Made by a program: the position numbers and the translations under genes. From Zygnema circumcarinatum SAG 698-1b (lineage: Eukaryota; Plantae; Zygnematophyceae): a DNA stretch of 64,000 bases. Below are positions 63,242 to 64,000 of the stretch, piece after piece (position 1 is the first letter of the stretch; the number at the start of each line of letters is the position of its first letter). The stretch covers positions 310,001 to 374,000 of the forward strand of contig CM074815.1 in the NCBI GenBank assembly GCA_037447605.1, in the 5' to 3' direction. The notes beneath the pieces were generated by a model, which worked only from the letters and a program-made list of their open reading frames with translations, was not told the origin of the DNA and made no database searches.

Positions 63242-63992
63242 ATGTCGACTAGGACAAGCTCCCCTATAGTCACCTACGACGAAGCAGCTCCAAGTGACAA
63301 CGACCAGCCCTCTCCCTGCTGCTGCACCACCCTCTTCTCACACGTGCAGGAAGACATAGAACAGATCTGGGTCAACCGAACTCGGCAATGGGAAATCTCA
63401 AATACCACCGTCTACATGTCTCCGTTGCTTGCTGCTTACTGCGTAATCTTAACCCTAATCTTTGGACTTGACATGGAAACCGCCACAATGGGGCAGATTG
63501 GACCAACTGAGACCCTACTAGCCACAGCTATTGGGGGCGCAGTCTACTCCCTTTTTGGGTCCATCCCTTCCGCCATCATAGGCTTGAACGGTTCCATGGC
63601 TCTGTTTCTGGTTGCGGTTCACAGAACGGCGCAGCATGTGAAGATCCCCTTTCTGCCGTGGTTAGGTTGGATAGGAATATGGTGCTCAGTGTTCTTATTT
63701 TGTGCAGGAGCAGCTAATTTGGGACGCTTCTTTAGAGAGATTCGGAGGTTTGGATTTGAGGTTCAGACCATCCTTACATGGATGGCTTTAATATGGGACG
63801 CCGGGTCTCTTCTTAAAGATGTGATTGGGGAGTATCCATTGGCTACAGGGTTGGCTGCCCTTTGGTTGGCTACTATGGCATTGGTAGTAGGGGGGCTGCT
63901 CTCCCGCACTAAGGGAGGGGGCTTTTTCAGTGACTCGTGGAGCACCTTCTTTGCGGAAAATAGCTTGGTGATAGCTTTTCTGCTGCTTACTG
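63242..63992 (+). CDS. First exon of a divergent SLC4/BOR (HCO3-/borate) transporter-like protein; continues beyond the window
   Basis: Open from ATG 63242 to a GTAAG donor at 63993; absent from the track because there is no stop in the window. Translation: ...LTLIFGLDMETATMGQIGPTETLLATAIGGAVYSLFGSIPSAIIGLNGSMALF...FLPWLGWIGIWCSVFLF...RRFGFE..., which parallels the SLC4/BOR pattern FG.L...T.G.LG..ETL.STA..G...S..GGQP..I.G..GP...W..W...W. Confidence 0.7.
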
Positions 63993-64000
63993 GTAAGGAG

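Overview
Eukaryotic nuclear DNA from the green plant lineage, most likely a streptophyte alga (inference). The evidence is VIPP1 with a transit peptide, a plant-type NSR RRM protein, CBSX- and ABC1K-type genes, TTTAGGG-like repeats and short GT-AG exons. Introns and intergenic DNA are saturated with (GA/CT)n, (GGGA/TCCC)n and telomere-like repeats, so most long ORFs in the supplied track are low-complexity artefacts; real genes had to be rebuilt exon by exon. Genes: an unknown TPR-like protein, a LYR-motif protein, an EamA/DMT transporter, a cysteine-desulfurase-like PLP enzyme, APE2, a large LRR + class-3-lipase protein, a CBS-pair protein, an ABC1K kinase, a CGI-58/ABHD5-like hydrolase, VIPP1, tRNA-Ala(UGC), an NSR-like RRM protein and the first exon of a divergent SLC4/BOR transporter. 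Mobile and repeat DNA: a Tc1/mariner-type MITE nested in a 32-bp tandem array, a foldback element with an 8-bp target-site duplication, and GTAC-rich dispersed elements. The best candidate for something new is the LRR-lipase gene (28727 to about 32955): three effector-style LRR modules joined to an intact-looking GHSYGG hydrolase, with no NB-ARC domain. A 15-nt gap between the LYR stop and the next ORF's ATG may mark a bicistronic locus. Several N gaps hide exons, and one 1.37-kb duplication is probably an assembly artefact.
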